From the NCBI GenBank assembly GCA_001820175.1, contig MHOT01000018.1:15401-73703 (forward strand): a DNA stretch of 58,303 bases. The letters run 5' to 3'. Made by a program: the position numbers and the translations under genes. Source of the DNA: Candidatus Staskawiczbacteria bacterium RIFCSPHIGHO2_02_FULL_42_22. Its GTDB lineage: Bacteria; Patescibacteriota; Minisyncoccia; Minisyncoccales; Staskawiczbacteraceae. Below the pieces are notes generated by a model. The model saw nothing but the letters and a program-made list of their open reading frames with translations. It was not told the origin of the DNA and searched no databases. Positions 17,243 through 29,564 of the stretch are shown here, piece by piece (position 1 is the stretch's first letter; every line of letters begins with the position of its first letter).

Positions 17243-20122
17243 ATGAAACTCGATGTTATTAAAATTCGCGGGGCCAGGGTGCATAACTTAAAAAATATTG
17301 ACCTGGACATCCCCAAAAATAAATTGGTGGTGATTACCGGGCTTTCGGGCAGCGGTAAATCATCATTAGCATTTGATACGTTGTATGCCGAAGGCCAGAG
17401 GCGCTATGTGGAAAGTTTATCGGCTTATGCCCGGCAATTTTTGGGGGTTATGGATAAGCCCGACGTTGATAAAATAGAAGGCATCAGTCCGGCTATTTCT
17501 ATTGACCAGCGCAAGTCAGTGCACAATCCCCGTAGTACCGTGGGGACTACCACGGAAATTTATGACTACCTGCGGCTTTTGTTTGCGCGTATCGGCAAGC
17601 CCCATTGCCCGAATTGCGGCAAACTAATTTCAAAGCAAACCGTGGATCAAATTGTTGACCAGGTATTAACCATTAAAGAAGGCGCGGAAATTTCAATACT
17701 GGGCCCCGTTATACGAGGAAAAAAGGGTGAACACACCGCAGTTTTGCAAGAAATTCAGCGGGCGGGTTTTGTGCGGGTAAGAATTGATAAAGATATGTAT
17801 CTAATAGAAGAAGCACTGCAAAAGCTACTAGATAAGCAAAAAAAACATGACATTGAAGCCGTTGTTGATCGGTTGGTATTGGTAAATGACTTGGATAGGT
17901 CTCGGTTAGTGGATTCCCTGGAAACCGCTTTAAAGTTAGGAAAAGGCATTGTCATACTTAATACCCAATACAAACCACCTAATACTAAAATTAAATCAGA
18001 AGATTTAATTTTTAGCGAACACTTCGCCTGTGAGGATTGCGGCATTTCCCTGGCCGAACTTGAACCCCGCATGTTTTCGTTTAATAATCCGTATGGCGCT
18101 TGCCCCGAATGCACGGGTCTTGGAGAAAAATTGGAGGTTTCGGCTGACTTGGTTATGCCCAATAAAAATTTGACGCTGGCTGAAGGCGCTATTTTTGCCT
18201 GGTCGAATGCCAGCCATAAAGTGGGTCGGCAGGGGTATTATCATTGGAATCTTTCGGAATTGGCACGTGCATACCACTTTTCTTTAGATGTGCCGGTCAA
18301 GAATTTACCCCCAAAAATTATTGATATTATCTTGCATGGAGATAATGCGGGTTTTGAGGGAGTCATTGCAAACTTGGAAAGACGATACCATGAAACTGAT
18401 TCCGAATGGACGCGTCAGGAAATTGACCAGTATATGGTAATTAAACAGTGCCCCATGTGTCAGGGAAAACGATTAAAACCGGAAGTGCTGGCGATTACCG
18501 TAGCCAGTGTTTCTGTTGATGTTATTGTCAAGATGCCCGTCGATGATTTGCAGAAATTTTTTTCCGCCTTGCCGAAACAACTGAGTGCTAATGATGTAAA
18601 AATCAGCACGCCGATTACCAAAGAAATTAATGATCGGCTTCAATTTTTGGTTGATGTGGGACTCGGGTATTTGAATTTAGACAGAAAGGCGGTTACCTTA
18701 GCGGGGGGAGAAGAACAACGGATACGCCTGGCCACCCAAATTGGATCAAAATTATCCGGAGTGCTATATATTTTAGACGAACCGTCAATTGGATTGCACG
18801 CGCGCGACCAGCACCGGTTAATTCATACGTTATTGCAACTGCGCGATTTAGGAAACACGGTGATTGTGGTAGAACACGATCCACAGACCATGATGGCGTC
18901 GGATTGGATTGTGGATATTGGGCCCGGTGCCGGCAAGCACGGGGGACGAGTTATCTTCCAGGGAACACCAGGGGCACTCCTCAAATCTAATACATTGACC
19001 GGACAATATCTATCAGGGAGGAAAACAGTTTCTGGAGAGGTATTAAGTAGTAAGTATAAAGTATTAAGCAAAGGCCAAAAAGTTGGTTTAAATACTAAAT
19101 ACCCAATACCAAATACCAAATACTTAACCGTCAAGGGTGCCAAAGAGCATAATTTAAAAAACATTGATGTGGCTTTTCCTTTGGGTAAATTTATTTGTGT
19201 GACCGGTGTTTCGGGCAGCGGCAAGTCGTCGCTTGTAAATGACATTCTGGCCCGCGCATTGCTAAAGCAATTTTACCGAGCAAAAGATGAACCTGGAATG
19301 CATACAAAAATTACCGGAACCGAACACATTAATAAGGTGGTCTTGGTTGACCAGTCGCCCATTGGTCGGACTCCGCGGTCAAACCCCGCAACTTATACTG
19401 GCGCATTTTCATTTATTCGTGATATTTTTACCCAAACGAAAGAATCGCGGATTCGCGGATATTTAGCGGGCCGTTTTAGTTTTAATGTAAAAGGCGGCCG
19501 GTGCGAGGCCTGTGAAGGACAGGGTACCAAAAAAGTAGAAATGTATTTTTTGCCGGATATTTATGTAGAATGCGAGGAGTGTCGCGGTAAGCGTTACAGC
19601 AAGGAGGTGCTGGAAATTACTTATAAAGATAAAAATATTGCCGACGTGCTCAAAATGACCATTGAAGAAGCCGGTGAGTTTTTCGAACATATCCCGGGGG
19701 TGTACGATAAAATGAAAACGTTAAAAGAGGTGGGGCTTTCTTACGTTGAACTCGGCCAGGCGGCCACTTCACTGTCGGGCGGAGAGGCCCAGCGGATAAA
19801 ACTGGCTACCGAACTTTCACGCCGCGACACCGGTAACACATTATATATTTTAGATGAACCAACCACCGGTTTGCACTTTGAAGATATTAAGAAACTGATT
19901 TCAGTATTAAGAAATTTGGTCGATAAAGGAAATACAGTATTAGTTATTGAACACAATATTTCGCTTATTGCTGTTTCGGATTGGATTATAGATTTAGGGC
20001 CAGAGGGAGGAGAAAAAGGTGGCGGGATTGTTGTCGAGGGAATTCCACAAGATATTGCAAAAAATAAAAAATCTTATACTGCCAAATTCTTAAGAGATGT
20101 TTTTTTTGGCAAGATTATATAA
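17243..20122 (+). CDS. uvrA: Excinuclease ABC subunit A
   Basis: [10 protein letters not shown], two Walker A motifs (GLSGSGKSS; GVSGSGKSS), zinc fingers, [12 protein letters not shown] and [12 protein letters not shown] signatures. Confidence 0.98.
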   Translation: MKLDVIKIRGARVHNLKNIDLDIPKNKLVVITGLSGSGKSSLAFDTLYAEGQRRYVESLSAYARQFLGVMDKPDVDKIEGISPAISIDQRKSVHNPRSTVGTTTEIYDYLRLLFARIGKPHCPNCGKLISKQTVDQIVDQVLTIKEGAEISILGPVIRGKKGEHTAVLQEIQRAGFVRVRIDKDMYLIEEALQKLLDKQKKHDIEAVVDRLVLVNDLDRSRLVDSLETALKLGKGIVILNTQYKPPNTKIKSEDLIFSEHFACEDCGISLAELEPRMFSFNNPYGACPECTGLGEKLEVSADLVMPNKNLTLAEGAIFAWSNASHKVGRQGYYHWNLSELARAYHFSLDVPVKNLPPKIIDIILHGDNAGFEGVIANLERRYHETDSEWTRQEIDQYMVIKQCPMCQGKRLKPEVLAITVASVSVDVIVKMPVDDLQKFFSALPKQLSANDVKISTPITKEINDRLQFLVDVGLGYLNLDRKAVTLAGGEEQRIRLATQIGSKLSGVLYILDEPSIGLHARDQHRLIHTLLQLRDLGNTVIVVEHDPQTMMASDWIVDIGPGAGKHGGRVIFQGTPGALLKSNTLTGQYLSGRKTVSGEVLSSKYKVLSKGQKVGLNTKYPIPNTKYLTVKGAKEHNLKNIDVAFPLGKFICVTGVSGSGKSSLVNDILARALLKQFYRAKDEPGMHTKITGTEHINKVVLVDQSPIGRTPRSNPATYTGAFSFIRDIFTQTKESRIRGYLAGRFSFNVKGGRCEACEGQGTKKVEMYFLPDIYVECEECRGKRYSKEVLEITYKDKNIADVLKMTIEEAGEFFEHIPGVYDKMKTLKEVGLSYVELGQAATSLSGGEAQRIKLATELSRRDTGNTLYILDEPTTGLHFEDIKKLISVLRNLVDKGNTVLVIEHNISLIAVSDWIIDLGPEGGEKGGGIVVEGIPQDIAKNKKSYTAKFLRDVFFGKII

Positions 20123-21290
20123 TTCTGTTATTTCTTTTAATAATATTTTTTTCTGCTTTTTTTAAATCTCTTAATCTTTTTGAATGCTTTAATAAAGGTT
20201 TTAACATTTTCAATAATTTTAATAAAGGTTTCTTTTTGCTTATGTATAAGTACCAGTGGTTTTGCTTATACATGGTTCCATCGTTTTTGACGTGACCTTT
20301 TTTAACTCGAATTTTTGGCGGATTGCAAGGGATCCCTATTTCTAATAAATTCTTGTAAATATACCACAGGATGTTTTTATCGTAAGAAGCTAGCGTAAAA
20401 CCGGCAACATTGCTTTTTGCGATAAAGATAGCACCTTCTGCATCTGTGTAACCTGCTAAAAAAGATAAAAAGTGGGCCTTATTTTTTTTAACCCAATCGG
20501 GCATCGAATCTTTTTTCAATAAAAGGAAGTCGAAAGACCTATTTAATAAAACTGTAAAAACTCTGTTGTTATCTTCCCTTGCCTTACTTACCCATACATG
20601 GCCATATTTCTCAAACAATTTTTTAAATAAATGAATTTGTTGGATTTTTGTAGAGGTTGTGCTAATTACAATTAATTTTTTAGAGGGTAATAGTTTTGCA
20701 TAAAGATCCCCCAATTTAAAGCCGATTAGATAAGCTTTTTCATGTAAATCATTTGAGAAATCATATTTTTTATACTTAGTATGATAAAAATCAGCACTTC
20801 TAGTTTTTAATCCATAATCTTTCATTAATTTTGAGACATAGACATGGTGGGTATTAAGTTTTTTCGCAATTTGTTTTTGGGTTAATTTGTTCTTATAGTA
20901 AAGATTAACCAACACCGTCCTCTTTATTCTTTTTTCCTGCCAACCAAGCTTTATCGATTCCAATATTGTTCTAAGGGGAATATCTTGTTTGATCATTTCT
21001 CTCCTTATAGTTTCTCTAGAATAATGTAATTTTTTAGCAATGACAATGATAGATAATTTATCTTCAAGGTATAACTTCTTGAGAATTCCTTTTGGTATAG
21101 ATATTATTTTCTTTTGACTCGCTATTCTTACTGCTACTTTTTGTTTTCTTGGAGTAATACCAAATTTTTCCATTCTTTTGTTTATGGTGGTTATATTACA
21201 ATTTAATAGAGAAGCGATTTCTTTTCTAGAAAGAAGATTTTGATTATAGAGTTCCTCAAGAATTTTTTTAGAAATATCATTTCTTCTCAT
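20115..21290 (-). CDS. Free-standing LAGLIDADG-type endonuclease-like protein with N-terminal HTH repeats
   Basis: [12 protein letters not shown] and [14 protein letters not shown] motifs; three L.xLY...LS..xIA..L units in the N-terminal half. Confidence 0.8.
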   Translation of the reverse strand: MRRNDISKKILEELYNQNLLSRKEIASLLNCNITTINKRMEKFGITPRKQKVAVRIASQKKIISIPKGILKKLYLEDKLSIIVIAKKLHYSRETIRREMIKQDIPLRTILESIKLGWQEKRIKRTVLVNLYYKNKLTQKQIAKKLNTHHVYVSKLMKDYGLKTRSADFYHTKYKKYDFSNDLHEKAYLIGFKLGDLYAKLLPSKKLIVISTTSTKIQQIHLFKKLFEKYGHVWVSKAREDNNRVFTVLLNRSFDFLLLKKDSMPDWVKKNKAHFLSFLAGYTDAEGAIFIAKSNVAGFTLASYDKNILWYIYKNLLEIGIPCNPPKIRVKKGHVKNDGTMYKQNHWYLYISKKKPLLKLLKMLKPLLKHSKRLRDLKKAEKNIIKRNNRII

Positions 21291-21378
21291 AGCTTTATTG
21301 TAACATAATACAGAGTTAATAAAAATAGTATAAAGTATTATTTATTTTAACCGGCGCTGTTTTTTAACTCCCTGATTT

Positions 21379-21461
21379 CGTCATTGCGAGAAGTCCCGAG
21401 CCGCAGCGAGGGGCGACGAAGCAATCTAAAAGTGGAGGAGATTGCTTCGGTTGCGGCCTCG
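21379..21461. repeat. Family D palindrome, right arm truncated
   Basis: CGTCATTGCGAG...GCGACGAAGCAATCT...AGATTGCTTCGG...CCTCG. Confidence 0.85.
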
Positions 21462-21475
21462 AAAAGCGATATCTA

Positions 21476-21504
21476 TTGACAAAGGTTTTTAAATTTTATA
21501 GATT
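21476..21504 (+). promoter_or_regulatory. sigma70-type promoter of groES-groEL
   Basis: TTGACA-17 bp-TAGATT. Confidence 0.6.
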
Positions 21505-21617
21505 GTAGTATCTTAACGAATTTTTAATTTCCAAATTTTTAATTTTTAAATAATGCGTTAATGTTTAAATTTTGAGAAATTAAGAAATTATTTACAAAAT
21601 TAAAAATTACAAAAATT

Positions 21618-21908
21618 ATGATAATAAAACCCCTTGCAGATCACATTTTAATAGAACCCATTAAGGAAGAAGAAAAAACCAAGTCGGGAATTTTTTTGCC
21701 CGACACCGCTCAAAAAGAAAAACCCGAACAAGGGTTGGTTATTGCCGTGGGCCAGGGCAGGAAAACCGATGATGGAAAAATAGTTCCCGTGTCGGTAAAA
21801 GCAGGGGACAAAGTGCTGTTTACCAAGTACGGCCCCAATGAAATAAAAATTGATGGGAAAGAATATTTAATTGCCCAAGAAAGCGATATTCTAGCAATTA
21901 TTGAATAA
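21618..21908 (+). CDS. groES: Co-chaperonin GroES
   Basis: IKPLADHILIEP, KTKSGIFLPDTAQKEKPEQGLVIAVG, ESDILAII. Confidence 0.98.
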   Translation: MIIKPLADHILIEPIKEEEKTKSGIFLPDTAQKEKPEQGLVIAVGQGRKTDDGKIVPVSVKAGDKVLFTKYGPNEIKIDGKEYLIAQESDILAIIE

Positions 21909-21912
21909 GGAA

Positions 21913-22020
21913 TGCGATGCTAATATACTAATTCATACTAATCATACCAATACGATACTAATCCGTCGTGCGTAGACTTTTATTAGTATTATTAGTATGC
22001 ATTCGTATATTGGCATCGCA
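21913..22020. repeat. Family F (ATACTAA-unit) palindrome between groES and groEL
   Basis: TGCGATGCTAATAT...ATATTGGCATCGCA; inverted relative at 36389-36477. Confidence 0.85.
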
Positions 22021-22024
22021 CTAA

Positions 22025-23668
<1,644 letters not shown>

Positions 23669-23719
23669 GGTCAGTAGGTACTGGGTAGTGAGTAGTTGGT
23701 AGTGAGTAGAAAAAAATAG

Positions 23720-23752
23720 AAAAAATCTTCCTTGATTCAAGGAAGATTTTTT
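23720..23752 (+). terminator. Intrinsic (likely bidirectional) terminator after groEL
   Basis: AAAAAATCTTCCTTGA-T-TCAAGGAAGATTTTTT. Confidence 0.8.
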
Positions 23753-23808
23753 GTTACATTAAGTGCAGAGTATAAGCAGCCCTTTGTAAAATATCCAGGA
23801 GGCGACCT

Positions 23809-24279
23809 ATGGCTAAGGAAATTCTTGGTTTGGGTATACGGGGCATTATTGCTTCAAGTATGTGCGATGACCAAGGGAAATATGAGGAAATTCCTGGTGC
23901 TTTTAAAATGTTGGCAAGGTTGCAACGGGAGAGATTTTCTGAAGGCATCTTTCTTGTTTCTTATGCCTGGGGGGAAACGCATCCAAAAATACTTCATTGG
24001 TTGTTTGATCATATATTCCATAAAGTAACCGGTATACCGGCTGGTAATGTTTACCTATTTCGTCACAAGGTTCAAGAAGTCGCAATCTGCCGCGAATTAG
24101 AAATTACCCATTTTATTTCCGATAGCACAGAACTTCTCGTAGCCCTTAATGACGCAGGTATAGAAAATCTATATCTTTTTCATGGGCCTGATCAAGAGCA
24201 GTCCTGTTCTGGAAGTATCTTGCGCCATGTCACGCAGGTTACCTCTTGGCAGGAAATTGCCAAAAACCTGCTTGGTTAG
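23809..24279 (+). CDS. HAD-fold-like hypothetical protein, catalytic motifs degenerate
   Basis: Resembles HAD-like proteins (PGAF..L..L, FLVS, WL, ICRELEITHFI), but the DxD and DD positions read GLG and SD. Confidence 0.55.
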   Translation: MAKEILGLGIRGIIASSMCDDQGKYEEIPGAFKMLARLQRERFSEGIFLVSYAWGETHPKILHWLFDHIFHKVTGIPAGNVYLFRHKVQEVAICRELEITHFISDSTELLVALNDAGIENLYLFHGPDQEQSCSGSILRHVTQVTSWQEIAKNLLG

Positions 24280-24479
24280 CCCTCTATGTCCGATGCTTTG
24301 CACCGGACTTTTTTTACTTACCCTTGTTTTTGCGTTAATTTTTAGGTAGAATGAAGTTGAATTTAAAAACCTAAATTTAAAATTCAAAAACAATTTAAAA
24401 GCACTAATTTAAAAACACGTTTTGAAATTTGATATTTAAAATTGTTTTTAAATTTATCATTTTAAATTTTAAATTCACT

Positions 24480-25013
24480 ATGTTCTGTCCTAACCATCAT
24501 AAAAATCCCTTAGAAAAGGTTTTATTCCATCACGTTGAGGTTGACTATTGCCCCGAGTGTCTTGGGGTCTGGTTTGATAAAGACGAATTGCGCCTGGCCA
24601 AAGATGATAATGATGCCAATCTTCAATGGCTCGATTTTGATATTTGGCGGGACAAGGGAAAATTTGCCGTGATGCGAATTGATAAGCGCTGTCCGGTGTG
24701 CAGAATTCCTTTTATGGAAGTAAACTACGACGACTCAAAGGTGAAGATTGATTTTTGCAAACGTTGCCAGGGGATTTGGCTGGACCGCGGGGAATTCAAG
24801 CAAATCATGATGTATTTGATACGAAAATCCGATTACGAATTACTGCACCAATATGCCAAGAATTTAGTAGTACAGTTATGGGAGGTGTTTTCAGGGCCCG
24901 AAAAATTCAGGGAAGAATTAGAGGATTTTCTTATATTATTAAAATTATTTAATTATAAATTTGTGGTGCAACATCCGCATATTAATAGTTTAATTGAGGA
25001 GTTACCAAAGTAA
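24480..25013 (+). CDS. Double zf-TFIIB-type zinc-ribbon protein
   Basis: CPNH..VDYCPECLGVWFDKDEL and CPVC..IDFCKRCQGIWLDRGEF. Confidence 0.85.
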   Translation: MFCPNHHKNPLEKVLFHHVEVDYCPECLGVWFDKDELRLAKDDNDANLQWLDFDIWRDKGKFAVMRIDKRCPVCRIPFMEVNYDDSKVKIDFCKRCQGIWLDRGEFKQIMMYLIRKSDYELLHQYAKNLVVQLWEVFSGPEKFREELEDFLILLKLFNYKFVVQHPHINSLIEELPK

Positions 25014-25136
25014 TAAAACTTGAATCTTGAATTTTGTATCTTGTAGCTTGAATAAAAAACGGAATCTGGAATTCCAGATTCATAGTTCTTTATTCTATTC
25101 CAGCTTCCAGCTACAAGATTCCAGATTCACAACATT

Positions 25137-25694
25137 ATGGCTTTATTAACCATCATCATCTTAGTCGTTTTAGTGGGTACCCTGCTTTGGGCCATCGGGG
25201 TCTTCAATGGTTTGGTGACTCTAAAAAACCGGGCCAAAGAGGCCTGGGCCGACATTGATGTGCAGTTAAAACGGCGATACGATTTAATTCCCAATTTAGT
25301 GGAAACGGTAAAGGGATATGCCACCCACGAAAAAGAATTATTTGAAAAGGTAACCCTAGCCCGAGCCAATGCCATGGGGGCTTCCGGAGTTGCCGCAAAA
25401 GCCGATGCGGAAAATATGCTTTCAAGTACACTAAAAAGTTTATTTGCTGTGTCTGAAAATTATCCTGATTTAAAGGCCTCGGTTAATTTTCTGGAATTAC
25501 AGCGGGAGCTTACCGATACGGAAGACAAAATCCAGGCCGCCCGAAGGTTTTACAACACTAACGTACGAGACCTGAACATTAAGATTGAAAGCTTTCCGGA
25601 CAACATGCTGGCCGGCGCCTTTGGTTTTACCAAAATGGACTTGTTCGAAATCACCACAGAGGCAGAACGCAATGCTGTGCCGGTTAAGTTTTAA
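25137..25694 (+). CDS. lemA: LemA family protein
   Basis: AWADIDVQLKRRYDLIPNLVETVKGYA, ENYPDLKA, ARRFYN. Confidence 0.97.
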   Translation: MALLTIIILVVLVGTLLWAIGVFNGLVTLKNRAKEAWADIDVQLKRRYDLIPNLVETVKGYATHEKELFEKVTLARANAMGASGVAAKADAENMLSSTLKSLFAVSENYPDLKASVNFLELQRELTDTEDKIQAARRFYNTNVRDLNIKIESFPDNMLAGAFGFTKMDLFEITTEAERNAVPVKF

Positions 25695-25707
25695 AAAAAT
25701 CCCAATA

Positions 25708-26700
25708 ATGTTAATGGAAAATAATTTTAGATCAAATGAAAGTGAAATAGGTCCACCTATTTTAGTTGAAAAAAAATCTAAGGGAAAGGAAAGTAGGAAG
25801 AGGAAATGGATGAATCTTGATGAATTTTGTGCCGCTCGTGGTTTTCGTCAGGAACCCCAAGCATGGAATCCTCCAGTACCTACACATCCCGACTATGTTG
25901 AAAATATTTATGAATACCATGAAGTATCCGGGCAGTTAATAGAAGGGGCTCGTAGCACCGATTGGATTGGGGTAGAATTGGAAATTGTACCCACTATTGA
26001 TAGGTATGAGTTAGCTGAGAAAATCTATCTTGCTGGTAGTGGTAAGTTATTTCTTTCAGAAGATAGAAGCCTTAAATATGCAACAGATCGTTATGGTTAT
26101 CCAGTAGGTAGTTCTGATGGATTTGAAATTGTGACTGATTATGGTGATTTATCACAGGTTATTCATGTCTGTGAAAATGTATCAAAAACAATTGAAGGAA
26201 AGGCGGTCAGTGAGGAAACTGAATGTTGTGGTTTGCATGTGCATCTTTCAAGAAATGAGGCGCCTCAATTAAACGTGGGCAGGATGGTTATTTTTTGGAA
26301 TTCTAAAAAAAATAAAGATTTTCTAAATTTATTTACACGCAGAAGTGATAGCAATTTTGCTAAAAGTAAAGATGTTGAAGGTAAAAGCGCTTTTGACCTT
26401 GACTTGTCATGGGGTGATAGGTATGAGCTTGTTAACTTGACTAATCCGCGTACTTTAGAATTACGAGGATTTCGTGGTGCAACCGATAAAGAAACTTTAT
26501 TAGCCTGCATCGAACTGGCATCAGCAACATGGTCTTTTGCTCGTGATAATAATGTTGCAGATACTGAGTTAACCCATGAAAGATTTATTCGGTGGCTAGT
26601 TGACCAACCAACCAGTAAGACGTATTATATTTGGCAATATTTATGGAAAGAAAAACCTGATTATTTACCCGCTTCTATTAGAGTTGCTATGGAAGAATAA
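25708..26700 (+). CDS. Putative amidoligase (COOH-NH2 ligase type 2-like)
   Basis: IGVELEI, EDRSL, GFEIVT, CCGLHVHLS, RYELVNL, TLELRGFRG. Start placed after the lemA stop. Confidence 0.75.
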   Translation: MLMENNFRSNESEIGPPILVEKKSKGKESRKRKWMNLDEFCAARGFRQEPQAWNPPVPTHPDYVENIYEYHEVSGQLIEGARSTDWIGVELEIVPTIDRYELAEKIYLAGSGKLFLSEDRSLKYATDRYGYPVGSSDGFEIVTDYGDLSQVIHVCENVSKTIEGKAVSEETECCGLHVHLSRNEAPQLNVGRMVIFWNSKKNKDFLNLFTRRSDSNFAKSKDVEGKSAFDLDLSWGDRYELVNLTNPRTLELRGFRGATDKETLLACIELASATWSFARDNNVADTELTHERFIRWLVDQPTSKTYYIWQYLWKEKPDYLPASIRVAMEE

Positions 26701-26780
26701 GCTGTTAAACTTTAATGGTATCAATTTTAGGTCGATAGAATCAGAGTGTCAATAATTATTTTTTATCATGACCAATATAT

Positions 26781-26990
26781 TTGCTTTTACCAAAATGGAT
26801 CTACTTGAAATCTCTGCTGGGATTCTGGCTGGTATTTGCTTCGCCCGTGTGGCTGATTCTTTTGCTGACCATTGTGTTTGAAATCATGGTGCTGGTGAAC
26901 ATCCGCGACGGATTGGTGCTGGGCACCCTTATGTTTTTACGCCCATTGTCGTCGGTTTTGAATTGGCAAGCAGCGTTAAGTATCCCTTAA
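26781..26990 (+). CDS. Small two-helix membrane protein (uncertain)
   Basis: Hydrophobic 69-aa ORF with TTG start, ending 4 bp before htpX. Confidence 0.4.
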   Translation: MLLPKWIYLKSLLGFWLVFASPVWLILLLTIVFEIMVLVNIRDGLVLGTLMFLRPLSSVLNWQAALSIP

Positions 26991-26994
26991 TTTT

Positions 26995-27897
26995 ATGCCA
27001 AGTATTTATACTCACGCTGATTCAAATAACAAAAAAACGTGGTTCCTTATCACGTTCTTTTTGGTTTTCGTTATCGCCGTTGGCTGGATTTTCAGCCAGG
27101 CCTTGCAAAGTGATGCCATTTTATATATCGCGGTATTTTTGAGCATTGCCATGAGCGTGGGCAGTTATTGGTTTTCAGATAAATTAGTGCTTTCCATGGC
27201 TCATGCCAAGTTGATACAAAAAAGCGATAGCCCCGAATTATATCGATTGGTGGAAAATTTGTGTATTACGGCTGGGCTTCCCTTGCCTAAAATATACATT
27301 ATTGAAGAAATGCAGTTGAATGCTTTTGCCACGGGGCGCGATAAAAACCATGCGGTGGTGGCAGTTACCCGCGGGCTTTTGGAAAAATTAAACAAAGTAG
27401 AACTGGAAGGAGTGATAGCTCATGAATTAAGTCATATCGGAAACAAAGATATGCTTTTGGGAACTGTAGTGGTGGTGTTGGCAGGAATCGTTTCTCTTTT
27501 GGCAAATTTCTTTTTGCGAATCAGTTTTTTTGGAGGGAGAGGCCGCAATTCAGACGACAATAGAGTAGGCGCATTATTGATGGTGCTGGGACTTGCCGCC
27601 GCTATTTTGGCGCCCATTGCCGCCACCTTAATTAAATTAGCCATTTCCCGAAAGCGAGAATTTTTAGCCGATGCCGACGGAGCGCTTTTAACCCGCTACC
27701 CGGAAGGTCTGGCCAGTGCCCTGGAAAAAATTTCCGCCGATATGACACCCATGAAAGTCGCTAACGCCGCTTCGGCTCATTTATATATTGATTCTCCGTT
27801 TAACGAAAAGCAAAGCAAGAATTGGTTTGTGGCGCTATTTCAAACCCACCCACCCGTGGAAGAAAGAATAAAAGCATTGCGTGATAAGGAGGTTTAA
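26995..27897 (+). CDS. htpX: Zinc metalloprotease HtpX (M48)
   Basis: NAFATG, ELEGVIAHELSH, SRKREFLADADG, THPPVEERI. Confidence 0.96.
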   Translation: MPSIYTHADSNNKKTWFLITFFLVFVIAVGWIFSQALQSDAILYIAVFLSIAMSVGSYWFSDKLVLSMAHAKLIQKSDSPELYRLVENLCITAGLPLPKIYIIEEMQLNAFATGRDKNHAVVAVTRGLLEKLNKVELEGVIAHELSHIGNKDMLLGTVVVVLAGIVSLLANFFLRISFFGGRGRNSDDNRVGALLMVLGLAAAILAPIAATLIKLAISRKREFLADADGALLTRYPEGLASALEKISADMTPMKVANAASAHLYIDSPFNEKQSKNWFVALFQTHPPVEERIKALRDKEV

Positions 27898-27912
27898 GTA
27901 ATATACCAATTT

Positions 27913-28776
27913 ATGAATGAGTCAGAATCAAAAAAAGTGGAAAACATTGTCTCTGAGCGAAAGTTTGAATTGTCCGTGAGTCCAGAAGGTAGAAAAATAA
28001 GGGAGCGCTTGGAAATGGAATGCGATAAAAGGGCGGATGTTTTGAGGGATGCATTAGTTGATTTAAAAATTCCAAATGAGTTAGTTAGTTTAAAGCCACC
28101 AGTTTTTGATAGAACGGATTTTGGGTATACTTCTGATATTGATTTAGTTTTTTTTGGTACCGACAAGCAAAAAGAAGAGCTATATGAAAAGCTATATAAT
28201 TCTTCAGTTCACCCATTTATCGTTCAAATTGATTTAGCCAGGTTGGGAGAAATTCAAGTAAAATTGCCAGAATTATATGAGTATTTAACACAGAGAAGAG
28301 GCAATTTCCCAATGAAAAAGCTAGAAACAGGAAATCCTATAACAGATTTTTGGGAAGAGGAACCTGAATTGGATAAGAGTGCAAGAGCGATTTTATCAAG
28401 TGAAGATAAACTTGTATTGAAAGAGCAGAGGTTGGAAATTGGCCGCAGATTTGTAGAAGAAGTGAAACAGAGGGTTCCAGTGGTTGGGTATAGTTTTTCG
28501 GGTTCAACGATGGGTGATATGAAAAGGTTTGGAATTAATTCCGATTTGGATATCGAACTTTTAGTTGATCCCAAGGACGAGGAAGATGAAAAGGATATCC
28601 AAGATTGGATTCATTTATATTTAAATTGGAAGTATGCAGAGCAATTTAGTATCAAGGTGGATGCAATGGAAATAAGCTTAGATTTTGCGAGACAAATGAT
28701 TTCCCGAGATCCAAAGACGGTCGTTTGGTATGAGAAAAAATTTGGTATTAATGCGTCTGAGTTAAAAGAAAAATGA
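27913..28776 (+). CDS. Protein with two Pol-beta-like nucleotidyltransferase domains
   Basis: Motifs DFGYTSDIDLVF and FSGSTMG....NSDLDIELLV, each followed by a third acidic strand (IVQIDL; IKVDAM). Confidence 0.6.
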   Translation: MNESESKKVENIVSERKFELSVSPEGRKIRERLEMECDKRADVLRDALVDLKIPNELVSLKPPVFDRTDFGYTSDIDLVFFGTDKQKEELYEKLYNSSVHPFIVQIDLARLGEIQVKLPELYEYLTQRRGNFPMKKLETGNPITDFWEEEPELDKSARAILSSEDKLVLKEQRLEIGRRFVEEVKQRVPVVGYSFSGSTMGDMKRFGINSDLDIELLVDPKDEEDEKDIQDWIHLYLNWKYAEQFSIKVDAMEISLDFARQMISRDPKTVVWYEKKFGINASELKEK

Positions 28777-28881
28777 TCAAATATATAGTAATAATGTAAG
28801 CCACTATTTTAGGAGTTATTGGGGGTGCGTGACAGAATTTTTACCTATTTTTATTCAGCGTTCAGTTTTAAAAATTTAACT

Positions 28882-29229
28882 ATGAAAATTATAAAAGATA
28901 CCATTACAATTTCCGAATTAAAAGAGCTTTGCGAGAAAGGCTTTTTTGTGAATGTGTTAAAGGCGGTCGTGGACATAGATAAAAAGGTTGTGGCAGTTGA
29001 CGCAGAGGTTCATGCTGAACTTATGGAGTTTTTGATAAAAGAAGAGCAGAGTGAGCCAAAAAATGTATGGGGCATTAATCTTGTTCCTTCCGAAGAAGAT
29101 GAAAAATTTATTGTTTTTGATTCACTTATCAATCTAAAACCAGGTTTAGGAAACAGAACAAGGGGGGTTGAAAGTCCAGAAATAAGACAAAAAATTACCG
29201 ATATTATTAATGTATTAGTAAAAAAATGA
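28882..29229 (+). CDS. DUF5674-like protein
   Basis: KAVVDI...VAVDAEVHAE, VWGINL.P, FDSLINLKP...NRTRGVESPEIR; family assignment from memory. Confidence 0.75.
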   Translation: MKIIKDTITISELKELCEKGFFVNVLKAVVDIDKKVVAVDAEVHAELMEFLIKEEQSEPKNVWGINLVPSEEDEKFIVFDSLINLKPGLGNRTRGVESPEIRQKITDIINVLVKK

Positions 29230-29561
29230 ACTATCAACATACGGGATTAGCGGCAGGTAAATGGAAAACATTTTCCTTTTTAGATCAAATGGGGAATGTT
29301 GGTTCAGAAATTTCAAGGACCGTCCATTGGCGTAAGAATGATCAATTACGAAGCAAAGAGGCTTTTGAGCGATCATTAGAACTGTTGGATATGACTATTG
29401 AGGATTCAAAAAATAAAAGCAAGTTAAAAGAATTATGCTTGTTGAGAGAAATGCTGGCAGATCATTTTTATTTTGATAACGAATATGCTTCTTCGGATCA
29501 GGGATGGGATGATTATTTCTATAATTTTGCGTACGCCTCTGCGATTGCTAAAGGATATTAA
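29226..29561 (+). CDS. Conserved all-helical hypothetical protein, coupled to the DUF5674-like gene
   Basis: ATGA overlap; QMGNVGSEISR, AFERSLELLD, LREMLAD. Confidence 0.75.
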   Translation: MNYQHTGLAAGKWKTFSFLDQMGNVGSEISRTVHWRKNDQLRSKEAFERSLELLDMTIEDSKNKSKLKELCLLREMLADHFYFDNEYASSDQGWDDYFYNFAYASAIAKGY

Positions 29562-29564
29562 CTC

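Noticed and set aside
20115-21290. Group I intron or intein hosting the LAGLIDADG ORF
   Set aside because: uvrA and groES are complete; no interrupted host gene or splice motifs seen.
21460-21617. CIRCE operator before groES
   Set aside because: No TTAGCACTC-N9-GAGTGCTAA match seen.
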